Shown: positions 50,470 to 60,421, counted from the first letter of the stretch. The stretch: DNA of 64,000 nucleotides from Oscillospiraceae bacterium (GCA_031556185.1 JAVBTN010000004.1:85034-149033); one strand, 5' to 3'. Numbers and translations are program-made. Notes: generated by a model not told the origin, from the letters alone.

Positions 50470-51018
50470 GTGAATCAGGAGTTTAGGCAGATGGCCGATC
50501 GCATCCGTGAGCTGCGCGAAATCTGCGGCTTTTCCCCGGAGGAAATCGCACAGGAGCTGGGAGTTCCCGTATCTGCATACAACAAATATGAAACAAACGG
50601 TGAGGACGTGCCCATCTCGGTATTATATCATTTGGCCAACAAGTTCGGCGTGGATCTCAATGAGATTTTGACCGGCGCGGCGCCGCATTTGGTCACGTTT
50701 GCCGTCGTGCGGCGCGGACAGGGTATGAATGTCGACCGCTATCCCGGCTATCGGTTTCATTCGTTGGCGCACACGTTTAAACACAAAATGATGGAGCCAC
50801 TGCTTGTCACGGTTGACCCCTCGGATCACGATCCGTCGCTGGTTACTCACGCGGGACAGGAATTCAACTTTATACTGGAGGGTGTCATCGAGCTGTTGTT
50901 TGACGACAAACGGGTGCGCCTGGAGGCGGGCGACTGTGTCTATTTTGATCCTTCGCACCTCCATGGCCAGCGCGCCGTGGGTGAAAAGGCCCGGTTTTTG
51001 ACGGTAATTGCCGAATAG
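50470..51018 (+). CDS. XRE-family HTH regulator with cupin sensor domain
   Basis: N-terminal HTH (IRELRE...EEIAQELG), HAGQEFNFIL and GDCVYFDP cupin motifs. Confidence 0.9.
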   Translation: MNQEFRQMADRIRELREICGFSPEEIAQELGVPVSAYNKYETNGEDVPISVLYHLANKFGVDLNEILTGAAPHLVTFAVVRRGQGMNVDRYPGYRFHSLAHTFKHKMMEPLLVTVDPSDHDPSLVTHAGQEFNFILEGVIELLFDDKRVRLEAGDCVYFDPSHLHGQRAVGEKARFLTVIAE

Positions 51019-51032
51019 AGGAGGAATGGCAG

Positions 51033-52703
51033 ATGATGCTGCTCAAACGCTTCTTGCCCCGCATTGATTTTGACTCGTATGAGGACTTTAAGGCCAATTA
51101 CCGAGTGAACATACCGGAAAATTTTAATTTTGGATTTGACGTTGTCGACGCCTGGGCCACGCACGACAAAGACAAAAACGCGCTGGTCTGGTGCGACGAC
51201 CGCGGCGACGAGTGTACATTTACCTTTGATGAGATATCCCGGCTGTCCAACAAGACCGTACATTTTTTTCAGGCACAAGGCATCCAAAAGGGCGACGCCG
51301 TGATGCTCATCCTGCGCCGCCGCTGGGAGTACTGGGTGTGCGCCGTGGCGCTCATCAAAATCGGCGCGGTGCTCATTCCGGCGTCCTTGCAGTTGACGGC
51401 CAAGGACATTGTCTACCGCGTGGAGGCGGCCAACATCCGCATGCTGGTTTGCGTGGACGACCCGTTTGTCGTCTCCCAGGTAGAGGAGGCCATGGGCCAG
51501 ATGGACAGGCCGTTTGGCCGGGCGCTGGTGGCGGGCCGGCGGGCCGGATGGATCGATTTTGCCACCGCGCTGGAACCCTATCCGGAGGTCTTTGAGCGGC
51601 CTGTGGGCGAAGCCGCCACCAAAAATGACGACCTGATGATGATGTACTTCACATCGGGGACGACAGGTATGCCGAAGATGGCCATGCACAACCACACCCA
51701 TCCGCTCGGCCACATCGTCACGGCCCACTATTGGCAGCAGGTGAAGGAAGATTGCCTGCACATGTCGGTGTCCGACTCGGGCTGGGCGAAATTTGGCTGG
51801 GGCAAAATCTACGGACAGTGGATCTGTGGCGCCACCATTTTTGCCTACGATATGGACAAGTTTGTTCCCAGGCTGCTGCTGGAGAAGATTCAGCAGTACA
51901 AGTTGACCACATTTTGCGCGCCGCCCACCATGTTCCGCTTTATGCTGCAAGAGGACATATCGCAGTACGACCTGTCCTCCGTCAAGCACTATGGCATTGC
52001 CGGCGAACCGCTCAATCCGGAGGTGTTTAAGCGCTGGTACGAAATTACAGGCGTCAAGATGACCGAGGGATTTGGGCAGTCGGAATCCTCTGTGCTGGTG
52101 GCCAATTTCAAGTGGTTTGAGCCCAAACCCGGCTCCATGGGCAAGCCGTCGCCCCTGTACGATATTGACATCGTCGACACGGAGGGGCAGTCGTGCAGTG
52201 AGGGCGAAGAGGGCGAAATCGTGGTGCGCGGCATCAAAGACTATATGCCAACAGGGCTGTTTACAGGATACTATCATGACGAAGAACTCACGCAAAAGGC
52301 CATGGGCAATGGATATTACAACACCGGCGACGTGGCGTGGCGCGACTCCGACGGCTACTACTGGTTCGTCGGGCGCAATGACGATGTGATCAAGTGCTCT
52401 GGCTACCGAATCGGGCCATTTGAGGTGGAGTCGGCGCTGCTGGAGCATCCCGCTGTTGTGGAGTGCGCCGTCACGGCGGCGCCCGACCCGGTGCGCGGGC
52501 AGGTGGTCAAGGCCACAGTCGTGCTGGCCAAGGGCCACAGCGGCTCTCAGACGCTGGTCAAGGAGCTGCAGGATCACGTCAAAAAAGTGACGGCGCCATA
52601 CAAGTATCCGCGCATTGTCGAGTTTGTGGAAGAGCTGCCCAAGACGGTTGGCGGCAAAATCAAGCGGGCGCAGATTCGGAGAGAAGACCATCAAAACGTG
52701 TAA
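51033..52703 (+). CDS. AMP-forming acyl-CoA synthetase (short/medium chain)
   Basis: YFTSGTTGMPK, EGFGQSE, YNTGD, GRNDD, GYRIGPFEVES, LPKTVGGKIKR. Confidence 0.92.
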   Translation: MMLLKRFLPRIDFDSYEDFKANYRVNIPENFNFGFDVVDAWATHDKDKNALVWCDDRGDECTFTFDEISRLSNKTVHFFQAQGIQKGDAVMLILRRRWEYWVCAVALIKIGAVLIPASLQLTAKDIVYRVEAANIRMLVCVDDPFVVSQVEEAMGQMDRPFGRALVAGRRAGWIDFATALEPYPEVFERPVGEAATKNDDLMMMYFTSGTTGMPKMAMHNHTHPLGHIVTAHYWQQVKEDCLHMSVSDSGWAKFGWGKIYGQWICGATIFAYDMDKFVPRLLLEKIQQYKLTTFCAPPTMFRFMLQEDISQYDLSSVKHYGIAGEPLNPEVFKRWYEITGVKMTEGFGQSESSVLVANFKWFEPKPGSMGKPSPLYDIDIVDTEGQSCSEGEEGEIVVRGIKDYMPTGLFTGYYHDEELTQKAMGNGYYNTGDVAWRDSDGYYWFVGRNDDVIKCSGYRIGPFEVESALLEHPAVVECAVTAAPDPVRGQVVKATVVLAKGHSGSQTLVKELQDHVKKVTAPYKYPRIVEFVEELPKTVGGKIKRAQIRREDHQNV

Positions 52704-52842
52704 AGCGTAGACGGTGGTGGCGAAGATTGTCAGCGGCCGTTTGCAAAAGCAGGCAAAGGCAAACGAACCGGCTTGTCACCAATTTGTGGCTTTCTCTTTG
52801 CCGATAAATGTGTTACAATATGTCCCGAAAGGGGGGTCTGGC

Positions 52843-53274
52843 GTGATTATTCATCAACTATCCGTGTTTGTGGAAAACAAAGCGGGAACGCTGTCTGAGA
52901 TCACCGGCGTGCTGGCGCGGGAGAGCATTGACATCCGCGCGCTTTCCATTGCCGACACCACCGACTTTGGCATCCTGCGCCTCATTGTAAACCAACCTCA
53001 GAAGGCTTTGGAGGCGCTCAAACAGGCCGGCCTGACCGTCAGCCTGACGGAGGTCGTTGCCGTCTGTTTGGAGGACCGTGCCGGGTCCTTGCATGATGTT
53101 TTGATATTGCTCAGTGACAACAATATTGGCGTGGAATACGCGTATGCCTTTATCACCCGCAAGTCCGACGCCGCCTATGTCATTTTGCGGGTGGGAGACA
53201 ATGAGCGCGCCGCCCAGGTACTGCAGTCGAACGGCATCGCGCTGTTGGACGCCGCCAGAATCTATAACATTTGA
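52843..53274 (+). CDS. Tandem ACT-domain protein
   Basis: QLSVFVENKAG, IRALSIADTTDFGILRLIV, VEYAYAF. Confidence 0.9.
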   Translation: MIIHQLSVFVENKAGTLSEITGVLARESIDIRALSIADTTDFGILRLIVNQPQKALEALKQAGLTVSLTEVVAVCLEDRAGSLHDVLILLSDNNIGVEYAYAFITRKSDAAYVILRVGDNERAAQVLQSNGIALLDAARIYNI

Positions 53275-53360
53275 CCGATAGAGCGTTTGGCCGGCGCATT
53301 GTGTTGGGGCCATTTGAGGGGGAAGCCGATTCCCTCTCAATGCTCGTTTGGGGGAAAACC

Positions 53361-54611
53361 ATGTTTCAACTGCCGCTCAATATGCTGGCCGACAAAGCGC
53401 AGGCTCTTGTGGCCGATCACTTTGAGGCTTTTTCTCAGGTGGCGCACAGCAACACCCGGCGGGTGCTTGACGCCTTCGCCCGGCACCGTGTGTCGGACGG
53501 TCACTTTGCCGGAACCACCGGATACGGGTATGATGACGCCGGGCGCGACGTGTTGGAGGCCATATACGCCGACGTGATGGGTGCGGAGGACGCTTTGGTG
53601 CGCATTCAGTTTGTCAACGGAACGCACGCCATCGCCTGCGCGCTGTTTGGTGCGCTCCCGCCGGGGGGCACGCTGCTTTCCGTCACGGGCGAGCCGTACG
53701 ACACATTGCGCGGTGTAATTGGGCTGGGCGATACGCCGAAGTTCGGTTCGCTGCGCCACTTTGGCGCTCATTTCCGGCAGGTGGAGATGACGGAAGACGG
53801 TCTGCCCGATTTCCCGGTCGTACGTGAAGCGCTGCGCACCGGCGAAGTTGACGCTGTGTTTATCCAGCGCTCCCGCGGATACAGCAACCGGCAGGCGCTG
53901 TCCGTGGCACACATCGAGGCGCTGGTGGGCATCATCCGCCAGGAGCGGCCCGGCGCCGCGGTTGTGGTGGACAATTGTTACGGTGAATTTGTGGAAGAAC
54001 GCGAGCCCTGCCATGTCGGTGCGGACTTGATGGCGGGCTCTCTGATTAAGAACCCCGGCGGAGGTTTGGCAGCCACGGGGGGCTATGTTGCCGGGCGAAA
54101 AGACCTCGTTGAGCGCGCGGCGACGCGCCTGACGGCGCCCGGGATTGGGCGCGCCTGCGGCGCCACGCTCGGACAAAATCGGCTGCTGTATCAGGGGCTG
54201 TTTCAGGCGCCGCACACCGTGTCGCAGGCACTGATGACGGCGGCATTTTGCGCGGCCTTGCTGCAGGAAATGGGTTACGAAGCCAGTCCTGGCCCGCTGG
54301 ACGAACGTTGTGACATCATTCAAATGATTCGGTTTGGAGCGCCGGAACCGCTGCTGCGTTTCTGCAGCGGCCTGCAAAGCGGATCGCCGGTTGACAGTTT
54401 TGTCACCCCTGAACCCTGGGCTATGCCCGGCTATGACTGCCAAGTCGTTATGGCGGCGGGTGCCTTTGTGCAGGGCGCCTCCATTGAACTGTCCTGCGAC
54501 GCGCCCATTCGCCCGCCTTTTGACGCATTTTTGCAGGGCGGGCTCACGTATGAGTCCGGCAAAGCGGGGATCCTGAGCGCCGCGCGACGAATATCCGGGC
54601 AAAACGTATGA
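53361..54611 (+). CDS. Methionine gamma-lyase family / aluminium-resistance (YnbB-like) PLP protein
   Basis: TTGYGYDDAGRD, QRSRGYS, VDNCYGEFVE, GSLIKNPGGG, GASIELS. Confidence 0.92.
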   Translation: MFQLPLNMLADKAQALVADHFEAFSQVAHSNTRRVLDAFARHRVSDGHFAGTTGYGYDDAGRDVLEAIYADVMGAEDALVRIQFVNGTHAIACALFGALPPGGTLLSVTGEPYDTLRGVIGLGDTPKFGSLRHFGAHFRQVEMTEDGLPDFPVVREALRTGEVDAVFIQRSRGYSNRQALSVAHIEALVGIIRQERPGAAVVVDNCYGEFVEEREPCHVGADLMAGSLIKNPGGGLAATGGYVAGRKDLVERAATRLTAPGIGRACGATLGQNRLLYQGLFQAPHTVSQALMTAAFCAALLQEMGYEASPGPLDERCDIIQMIRFGAPEPLLRFCSGLQSGSPVDSFVTPEPWAMPGYDCQVVMAAGAFVQGASIELSCDAPIRPPFDAFLQGGLTYESGKAGILSAARRISGQNV

Positions 54612-55126
54612 GGATTTTGGGGATTGACCCTGGGCTTGCCACCATTGGGTTTGGGATATTGGACGAGAACAAGGGAAAACTGCTGCACCTGCGGCATGGG
54701 GTCATCACATCACCGGCCGGTATGCCGCTACCTGAGCGGCTGCTTGGCATTGGAGAAGACCTGTTGGCCCTTATAAAAGCCTTTTCCCCGCATGTTGTCG
54801 CGGTGGAAGAGCTCTTCTTTTGCAAAAATGTCACCACCGGCTTGACAGTGGCGCATGGGCGCGGTGTCATTTTGATGTCGGCGGCCCAACAGAATCTGCC
54901 CGTTTTCGAGTACAAACCCATGCAGATTAAACAGGCGGTTGTCGGATATGGCGGGGCGGAAAAGAAGCAGGTCATGGAAATGACAAAACAATTGCTTCGG
55001 CTGGAAGCTGTCCCGCGGCCGGACGACGCGGCGGACGCGCTGGCTGTGGCGATTTGCCATGCGCATGTATCCGGCTCGCTGCTGGGGGCCCACAGTAAAT
55101 CCAGCCCAAGCGTCAGCAGAGGTTGA
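54608..55126 (+). CDS. ruvC: Holliday junction resolvase RuvC
   Basis: ILGIDPG, VEELFF, KQAVVGYG, PDDAADALAVAICH. Confidence 0.96.
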   Translation: MRILGIDPGLATIGFGILDENKGKLLHLRHGVITSPAGMPLPERLLGIGEDLLALIKAFSPHVVAVEELFFCKNVTTGLTVAHGRGVILMSAAQQNLPVFEYKPMQIKQAVVGYGGAEKKQVMEMTKQLLRLEAVPRPDDAADALAVAICHAHVSGSLLGAHSKSSPSVSRG

Positions 55127-55152
55127 CGAGACGGCAGGCAACGAGGGAGAGT

Positions 55153-56016
55153 ATGTCACGAAGATTATTTTGTCAGATTTCTCCGGTAACCTACGTACTG
55201 TCCACTTGGAAGGAGCGCCTAAAGCGATACCTCAAGTGGCTGACAGCCCGCGATCGCTACGCCCAAACGAGTGACGACGTTCTGCCCTTCGTCGTATACG
55301 ATCACGCGTCACTCATTCGCCGGACGTTGGGGCAGGTGGACATGCGGCTGCAGGAGAACAAAGCGGTCAACCTGTCCATTGCGGTGCCGAAAGTCAACGG
55401 CGTGGTCATTCGGCCGGGGGAGACATTTTCCTTTTGGCGGCTGGTGGGCCGCACCGCCCGCGCCAAAGGGTACAAAGAGGGTCTAACCATTGCCGCCGGG
55501 AGGACATGCAAAGGCATTGGCGGCGGTATGTGTCAGTTTACCAATCTGCTGCACTGGATGGCGCTGCACAGCCCGCTGGACATCGTTGAACACCACCATC
55601 ACGACCGATATGACCTTTTCCCGGATTGCGGTAGACAGATTCCGTTTGGCATGGGCACGTCCATCGTGTATAATTATCTGGACTACCAGCTGCGAAACAA
55701 CACCGACACATCCTTTCAGTTTTTGGTACATACCAGCGACACACACCTGTGCGGCGAACTGCGCGCCGACAAGCCGCTGCCGGTTGCCTATCACATCCGG
55801 GAAGAGGACATGCATTTTGTTCGCACGGGTGACACGCTGTACCGCCGCAATCAGGTGTATCGCCAGGTTGTCGACAAGAAGAGCGGCCGGGTGTTGGACT
55901 CTCGGATGGTCAAGCAAAACCACGCCCGGGTGATGTACGACCCGGCTCACATCGATCCGGCGCTCATACGAGAGGAAGCGGTTGCACAGACGGGCGCGCC
56001 TGTGCCGGAGGGTTGA
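55153..56016 (+). CDS. VanW family protein
   Basis: IRPGETFSFW, GIGGGMCQFTN, YNYLD motifs. Confidence 0.88.
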   Translation: MSRRLFCQISPVTYVLSTWKERLKRYLKWLTARDRYAQTSDDVLPFVVYDHASLIRRTLGQVDMRLQENKAVNLSIAVPKVNGVVIRPGETFSFWRLVGRTARAKGYKEGLTIAAGRTCKGIGGGMCQFTNLLHWMALHSPLDIVEHHHHDRYDLFPDCGRQIPFGMGTSIVYNYLDYQLRNNTDTSFQFLVHTSDTHLCGELRADKPLPVAYHIREEDMHFVRTGDTLYRRNQVYRQVVDKKSGRVLDSRMVKQNHARVMYDPAHIDPALIREEAVAQTGAPVPEG

Positions 56017-56017
56017 C

Positions 56018-56623
56018 ATGTTTTACTATTTGCATGGGACTGTGGCGCATAAGGATCTCTATCTGGCGGTCATTGACGTGGCCGGTGCCGGCTACGCCTG
56101 TCACACCAGCCTGCATACGCTGAGTGCGTTGGAGTTGGGGGCAAAGGCCAGGTTATTTACCTATCTGCATATCCGGGAGGACATCTTTGACCTGTACGGG
56201 TTTGCCACGCAGGAGGAGTTGTCCGCGTTTAAAATGCTCATCGGCATCTCGGGCGTGGGGCCGCGCGCGGCGTTGTCCATCCTGTCAAACAACACACCGG
56301 AACACTTGGCGCTGTCCATCCTCACAGGGGATGAGAAAGCGCTGACGTCCGCGCCCGGCATCGGAAAAAAACTGGCGCAGCGTATTGTTCTTGAACTCAA
56401 AGACAAAATGGGCAAGCAGGCAGGCAATGCGGAGGCAGGCGGAACGATGGCCGCGGTCGCGCCTCAGATGGCCGGCAAACTGGGCGAAGCGCAGGCGGCA
56501 CTCGGCGTGCTGGGCTACTCATTGTCAGAGGCGGCCATGGCGCTCAAAGGCATTGACATGGAAACGCTGGCGGTGGAAGAGATCATTCGCGCCGCTTTGA
56601 AAAATTTGGCCAAAATCAATTGA
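56018..56623 (+). CDS. ruvA: Holliday junction branch migration protein RuvA
   Basis: IRED..LYGF, ISGVGP, PGIGKKLAQRIVLELKDK, ALGVLGY. Confidence 0.96.
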   Translation: MFYYLHGTVAHKDLYLAVIDVAGAGYACHTSLHTLSALELGAKARLFTYLHIREDIFDLYGFATQEELSAFKMLIGISGVGPRAALSILSNNTPEHLALSILTGDEKALTSAPGIGKKLAQRIVLELKDKMGKQAGNAEAGGTMAAVAPQMAGKLGEAQAALGVLGYSLSEAAMALKGIDMETLAVEEIIRAALKNLAKIN

Positions 56624-56631
56624 GGTGACGC

Positions 56632-57669
56632 ATGGGCATTCAGTTTGACGACATGGAAGAAGAGCGGCTGGTAACCACAACGCTGCTGCAGGACGACACC
56701 GCAGAGGCGACGCTTAGGCCCCGCCGTCTGGCCGAGTATATCGGGCAGGAGCGCGCCAAAGACAGCCTGACGGTGTTTATTGAGGCGGCCCGCGCCCGTC
56801 AGGAGCCGCTTGATCATGTGCTGCTCTACGGCCCACCGGGTCTGGGAAAGACGACGCTGGCCGGTGTGATTGCCCACGAGATGGGCGTCAACATTCGCGT
56901 CACGTCCGGTCCCGCCATCGAAAAAGCGGGGGATCTGGCCGCATTGCTGACCAACCTCAACGAACATGATATCCTCTTTGTCGACGAAATCCACCGGCTC
57001 AACCGGGCGGTGGAGGAAGTGCTGTATCCGGCCATGGAGGATTACGCCGTCGATATTATTTTGGGCAAGGGACCTTCTGCCCGCTCCATCCGACTCGATT
57101 TGCCCAAGTTTACGCTCATCGGCGCGACAACACGGGCCGGGCAGCTTACGGCGCCACTGCGTGACCGCTTTGGCGTCATTCTACGGCTGGAACTGTATAC
57201 GCCTGAAGAGCTCAAAGCCATTGTTTCGCGAAGTGCGTCCATCCTGGATATACGTATCGAGGAGAGCGGCGCATTTGAAATTGCGCGCCGTTCCCGCGGC
57301 ACGCCGCGCATTGCCAACCGTATTCTCCGGCGTGTGCGGGATTTTGCGCAGGTGCGGGCGGATGGCGTCATCACCAGCCAGGTGGCCGACAAGGCGCTGG
57401 GCATGCTGGAAATTGACGGATTGGGACTGGACGCCGTCGACCGGCGGATGATTGCGTCGATCATGCATAATTTTGCCGGCGGCCCCGTCGGGCTGGACAC
57501 ATTGGCGGCCACCATCGGCGAAGAGTCGGTGACTTTGGAGGACGTTTACGAGCCATTTTTGCTGCAACTGGGCTTTATCAACCGCACACCGCGGGGACGG
57601 TGCGTCACGCGGCGCGCATATGATCACCTTGGTGTGCCTTTTTCCGGGCAAGAACAGATGGAGCTGTGA
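56632..57669 (+). CDS. ruvB: Holliday junction DNA helicase RuvB
   Basis: [42 protein letters not shown]. Confidence 0.97.
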   Translation: MGIQFDDMEEERLVTTTLLQDDTAEATLRPRRLAEYIGQERAKDSLTVFIEAARARQEPLDHVLLYGPPGLGKTTLAGVIAHEMGVNIRVTSGPAIEKAGDLAALLTNLNEHDILFVDEIHRLNRAVEEVLYPAMEDYAVDIILGKGPSARSIRLDLPKFTLIGATTRAGQLTAPLRDRFGVILRLELYTPEELKAIVSRSASILDIRIEESGAFEIARRSRGTPRIANRILRRVRDFAQVRADGVITSQVADKALGMLEIDGLGLDAVDRRMIASIMHNFAGGPVGLDTLAATIGEESVTLEDVYEPFLLQLGFINRTPRGRCVTRRAYDHLGVPFSGQEQMEL

Positions 57670-57716
57670 CGCAAAAACGGTACTGAAACGCTGAGTCGGG
57701 CGCCAATTATTACCCG

Positions 57717-57745
57717 TTCACAAAAAAAGTCGAATGGCGTATAAT
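57717..57745 (+). promoter_or_regulatory. SigA-type promoter for glmM
   Basis: TTCACA-N17-TATAAT. Confidence 0.7.
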
Positions 57746-57807
57746 AACCTGTAACCTGTAACCTGTAACCTGTAACCTGTAACCTGTAACCTGTAACCTG
57801 TAACCTG
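57745..57807 (+). repeat. Perfect heptanucleotide tandem repeat (TAACCTG)x9
   Basis: Nine exact copies counted (63 bp), starting at the last base of the -10 box. Confidence 0.97.
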
Positions 57808-57840
57808 TGTGGGTTGGAATTTACATAAGGGAGTTTTCCT

Positions 57841-59184
57841 ATGGGTAAACTTTTTGGTACCGACGGCATCCGTGGTGTGGCTGGGGAGGCGCTCGACGGT
57901 CGGTTGGCGTTCAAGGTCGGCCAGGCGGCCGCGCTGGTGCTGAGTCGAGCGCTGCGACACAAAGCGCGTATTTTTATCGGCAAGGATTCGCGCATCTCGT
58001 CCGACATGCTGGAAGCGGCGCTGGTGGCCGGCGTCACGTCGGTGGGCGCGGATGCCGTGCTGTTGGGCTTGGTGCCCACGCCGGCCGTGGCCTATCTGAC
58101 AAATGTCGGCGCCGATGCCGGCGTGGTCATTTCCGCTTCGCACAACTCCTTTGAGCACAACGGCATCAAGATCTTTAACGCGCAGGGCTACAAGCTCTCC
58201 GACGAGCTCGAAAACGCCGTGGAGACGCTTGTGCTGTCCGACGACCCGCTGCCGCAGTCGACCTTCGACAAAGTGGGGCATGTCATACGCGACGAGGTGG
58301 CCGTCGATCGCTATCTGGCGCATTTGACCGGGACAGTGGAGGCCGATTTGTCCGCGTTGCGCGTCGCGGTGGACTGCGCCAACGGCGCGGCTTCGCGCAC
58401 CGCGCGCGCGTTGATGTCACGTGTGGGTGTGCAGTATGAAATCCTATTTGACAGCCCGGATGGCGTCAACATCAACGCCGATTGCGGATCAACGCACATG
58501 GAAGCACTGTGCGAGCGGGTGGTTGACGGCGGCTTTGACATGGGTATTGCCTTTGACGGCGATGCCGACCGGTGTCTCATTGTTGACGAAACCGGTCGGG
58601 TGGTCGATGGGGATCAAATCATGGCTATTTGCGGGCTGGCGGAAAAAAGAAACGGCCGTCTGGCCGGAGATACCATCGTTGCCACGGTGATGAGCAATTT
58701 GGGGTTTCATATGTTTGCCCGGGAAAACGGGCTCAATGTCAAAGTGGCCGCTGTGGGCGACCGCAATGTGCTGGAAATGATGCTCGAAGGAGGGTATGTA
58801 CTCGGCGGCGAACAGTCCGGCCATCTCATCTTCCTCAAGGATGCCACCACAGGCGACGGCCAGCTGACGGCGCTTCGCTTTATGGAGGCCGTGTCACGGG
58901 CGCACTGCCCTGTGTCGAAGTTGCTGTCCGGGTTCTTGCAGTATCCGCAGGTGCTGATCAATGTGCGCGTGCGCAATGATTCCAAAAGTTCCCTTTCGGA
59001 TCATCCTGAGGTCTGCGCCGCCATTGCGATGGCCAAAGAGGCCATCGGTGGCGACGGACGTGTTCTCGTGCGCCCGTCGGGCACGGAACCGCTTGTGCGC
59101 GTGATGGTAGAAGGCCAAGAGGAGACTGCGGTGCAGTCGCTTGCGGAGTCCATAGCAGCGGTGATCAGCCGGGTTTCGGGCTGA
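57841..59184 (+). CDS. glmM: Phosphoglucosamine mutase
   Basis: FGTDGIRG, ISASHN, FDGDADR, TVMSNLG, GGEQSGH, RPSGTEP. Confidence 0.96.
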   Translation: MGKLFGTDGIRGVAGEALDGRLAFKVGQAAALVLSRALRHKARIFIGKDSRISSDMLEAALVAGVTSVGADAVLLGLVPTPAVAYLTNVGADAGVVISASHNSFEHNGIKIFNAQGYKLSDELENAVETLVLSDDPLPQSTFDKVGHVIRDEVAVDRYLAHLTGTVEADLSALRVAVDCANGAASRTARALMSRVGVQYEILFDSPDGVNINADCGSTHMEALCERVVDGGFDMGIAFDGDADRCLIVDETGRVVDGDQIMAICGLAEKRNGRLAGDTIVATVMSNLGFHMFARENGLNVKVAAVGDRNVLEMMLEGGYVLGGEQSGHLIFLKDATTGDGQLTALRFMEAVSRAHCPVSKLLSGFLQYPQVLINVRVRNDSKSSLSDHPEVCAAIAMAKEAIGGDGRVLVRPSGTEPLVRVMVEGQEETAVQSLAESIAAVISRVSG

Positions 59185-59254
59185 ACCGCCAGGTGGAAAG
59201 TGACGTGGCTTTTGATGAAAATGAAACAAAAAGTAAGAAAATGCGGGAAAAGAC

Positions 59255-59284
59255 TTGACAGTGCAGCAAGTATGTTAGTATAAT
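59255..59284 (+). promoter_or_regulatory. SigA-type promoter for sigH
   Basis: TTGACA-N18-TATAAT. Confidence 0.75.
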
Positions 59285-59291
59285 ATCTTTG

Positions 59292-59933
59292 GTGAAGGGT
59301 CTGAAATGGAAACGGACGGTGAAGGCTTTGGAATTGTCCCCGTCAATTTCGGACGAAGAACTGTGCAGTTTGGCGCAACAAGGCGATCACGCTGCTGCGG
59401 AGCAGCTTGTTGTGCGCTATATGAGGCTGGTAAAATCCGGAGCCAATCAATTGTATCTGGCCGGGGGCGACGGCGAGGATCTTTTGCAAGAGGGCCTTTT
59501 GGGTCTTCTCAAAGCCATTCGAGAATTCTCTCCCCCCAAGCAAGCCTCTTTTCACACTTTTGCGCAACTGTGCATTCGAAACAGACTTTACACCGCAGTG
59601 AAGGCAGCTAATCGAAGCAAACATTCACCACTCAATCGCTATGTTTCCCTTCAAGCCCCCTTTGCAGACAGTGGTATTGACCACACAGCGGACTTTGTCT
59701 TGTATCCCGACCGTCAACTCGATCCAGAGGCCCTCGTCATCGGACGAGAAGAGGAGACGGAGCTCACTGGCACATGGAAGGGACTGCTGTCAGGATTGGA
59801 AGCCGAGATATTGGGGCATTATCTGGAAGGGCTGAGCTATCAGGAGATAGCCGCCGTCATACGAAGGTCCCCGAAATCGGTGGACAACGCCGTCCAACGC
59901 GCCAGGCGTAAACTGGCTAACCATTGGCGATAG
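59292..59933 (+). CDS. sigH: RNA polymerase sigma factor SigH (start uncertain: 59292, 59319 or 59328)
   Basis: EDLLQEGLLGLLKAI, TFAQLCI, TAVKAANRSKHSPLNRYVSL, SYQEIA, KSVDNAVQR. Confidence 0.9.
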   Translation: MKGLKWKRTVKALELSPSISDEELCSLAQQGDHAAAEQLVVRYMRLVKSGANQLYLAGGDGEDLLQEGLLGLLKAIREFSPPKQASFHTFAQLCIRNRLYTAVKAANRSKHSPLNRYVSLQAPFADSGIDHTADFVLYPDRQLDPEALVIGREEETELTGTWKGLLSGLEAEILGHYLEGLSYQEIAAVIRRSPKSVDNAVQRARRKLANHWR

Positions 59934-60047
59934 CAGGCGACCCCTGCCAAGCATATTTCAAACCCCGTGCCGCTGGGCCCAACCCGCTTCATCCGATGCC
60001 GGTAGAACCCGTCCACGGGCAACTGAGTCAAAGAGAGGGAAAAAACA

Positions 60048-60326
60048 ATGTACGAAGACAGAACCCTGAAATGCAAAGAGTGTGGCGAAGATTTTATCTT
60101 TACCGCCGGCGAGCAAGAATTCTACAATGAGCGTGGTTTCATGAACGAGCCGCAGCGCTGCAAAAACTGCCGCGATGCGCGCAAGAATGCTTCCCGTGCC
60201 CCCAGAGAGTTTTTCTCTGCCACTTGCGCATCCTGCGGCGGAGAGGCTAAAGTGCCTTTCGAGCCCAAAACTGACCGTCCGGTCTACTGCAGCGATTGCT
60301 TTGCCCGTATGAGAGAAAACGGCTAA
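60048..60326 (+). CDS. Zinc-ribbon / CxxC-x17-CxxC domain protein
   Basis: DRTLKCKECGEDFIFTAGEQEFY, PQRCKNC, CASCG...VPF.P..RPVYCSDC. Confidence 0.92.
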   Translation: MYEDRTLKCKECGEDFIFTAGEQEFYNERGFMNEPQRCKNCRDARKNASRAPREFFSATCASCGGEAKVPFEPKTDRPVYCSDCFARMRENG

Positions 60327-60335
60327 AACAGTTGC

Positions 60336-60369
60336 GAGAAGGCGCCCGATTAGGGCGCCTTCTCTTTTT
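60336..60369 (+). terminator. Intrinsic terminator
   Basis: GAGAAGGCGCCC-gatta-GGGCGCCTTCTC followed by a T-run. Confidence 0.85.
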
Positions 60370-60421
60370 CTATGCAAGCAAGGCTTTTGTGAGTGAGCAA
60401 TGAAACTCATATACTTTGCAA

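Noticed and set aside
42849-56016. vanX-like plus vanW-like genes as a vancomycin-resistance cluster
   Set aside because: They are over 11 kb apart with no D-Ala-D-Lac/Ser ligase, vanH or vanRS
57745-57807. Repeat unit read on the minus strand (GGTTACA) equals the fission-yeast telomere core; also considered as a CRISPR array
   Set aside because: A 7-mer match is readily coincidental, no reverse transcriptase or terminal structure is nearby, the flanks are ordinary bacterial genes, and there are no spacers or cas genes
57624-58323. Minus-strand ORFs containing LQVTGYR repeats
   Set aside because: They are translations of the heptamer array and antisense to glmM
59934-60047. Possible riboswitch upstream of the zinc-ribbon gene
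   Set aside because: Only a short CCCGT/ACGGG stem is evident and no known aptamer consensus was recognised
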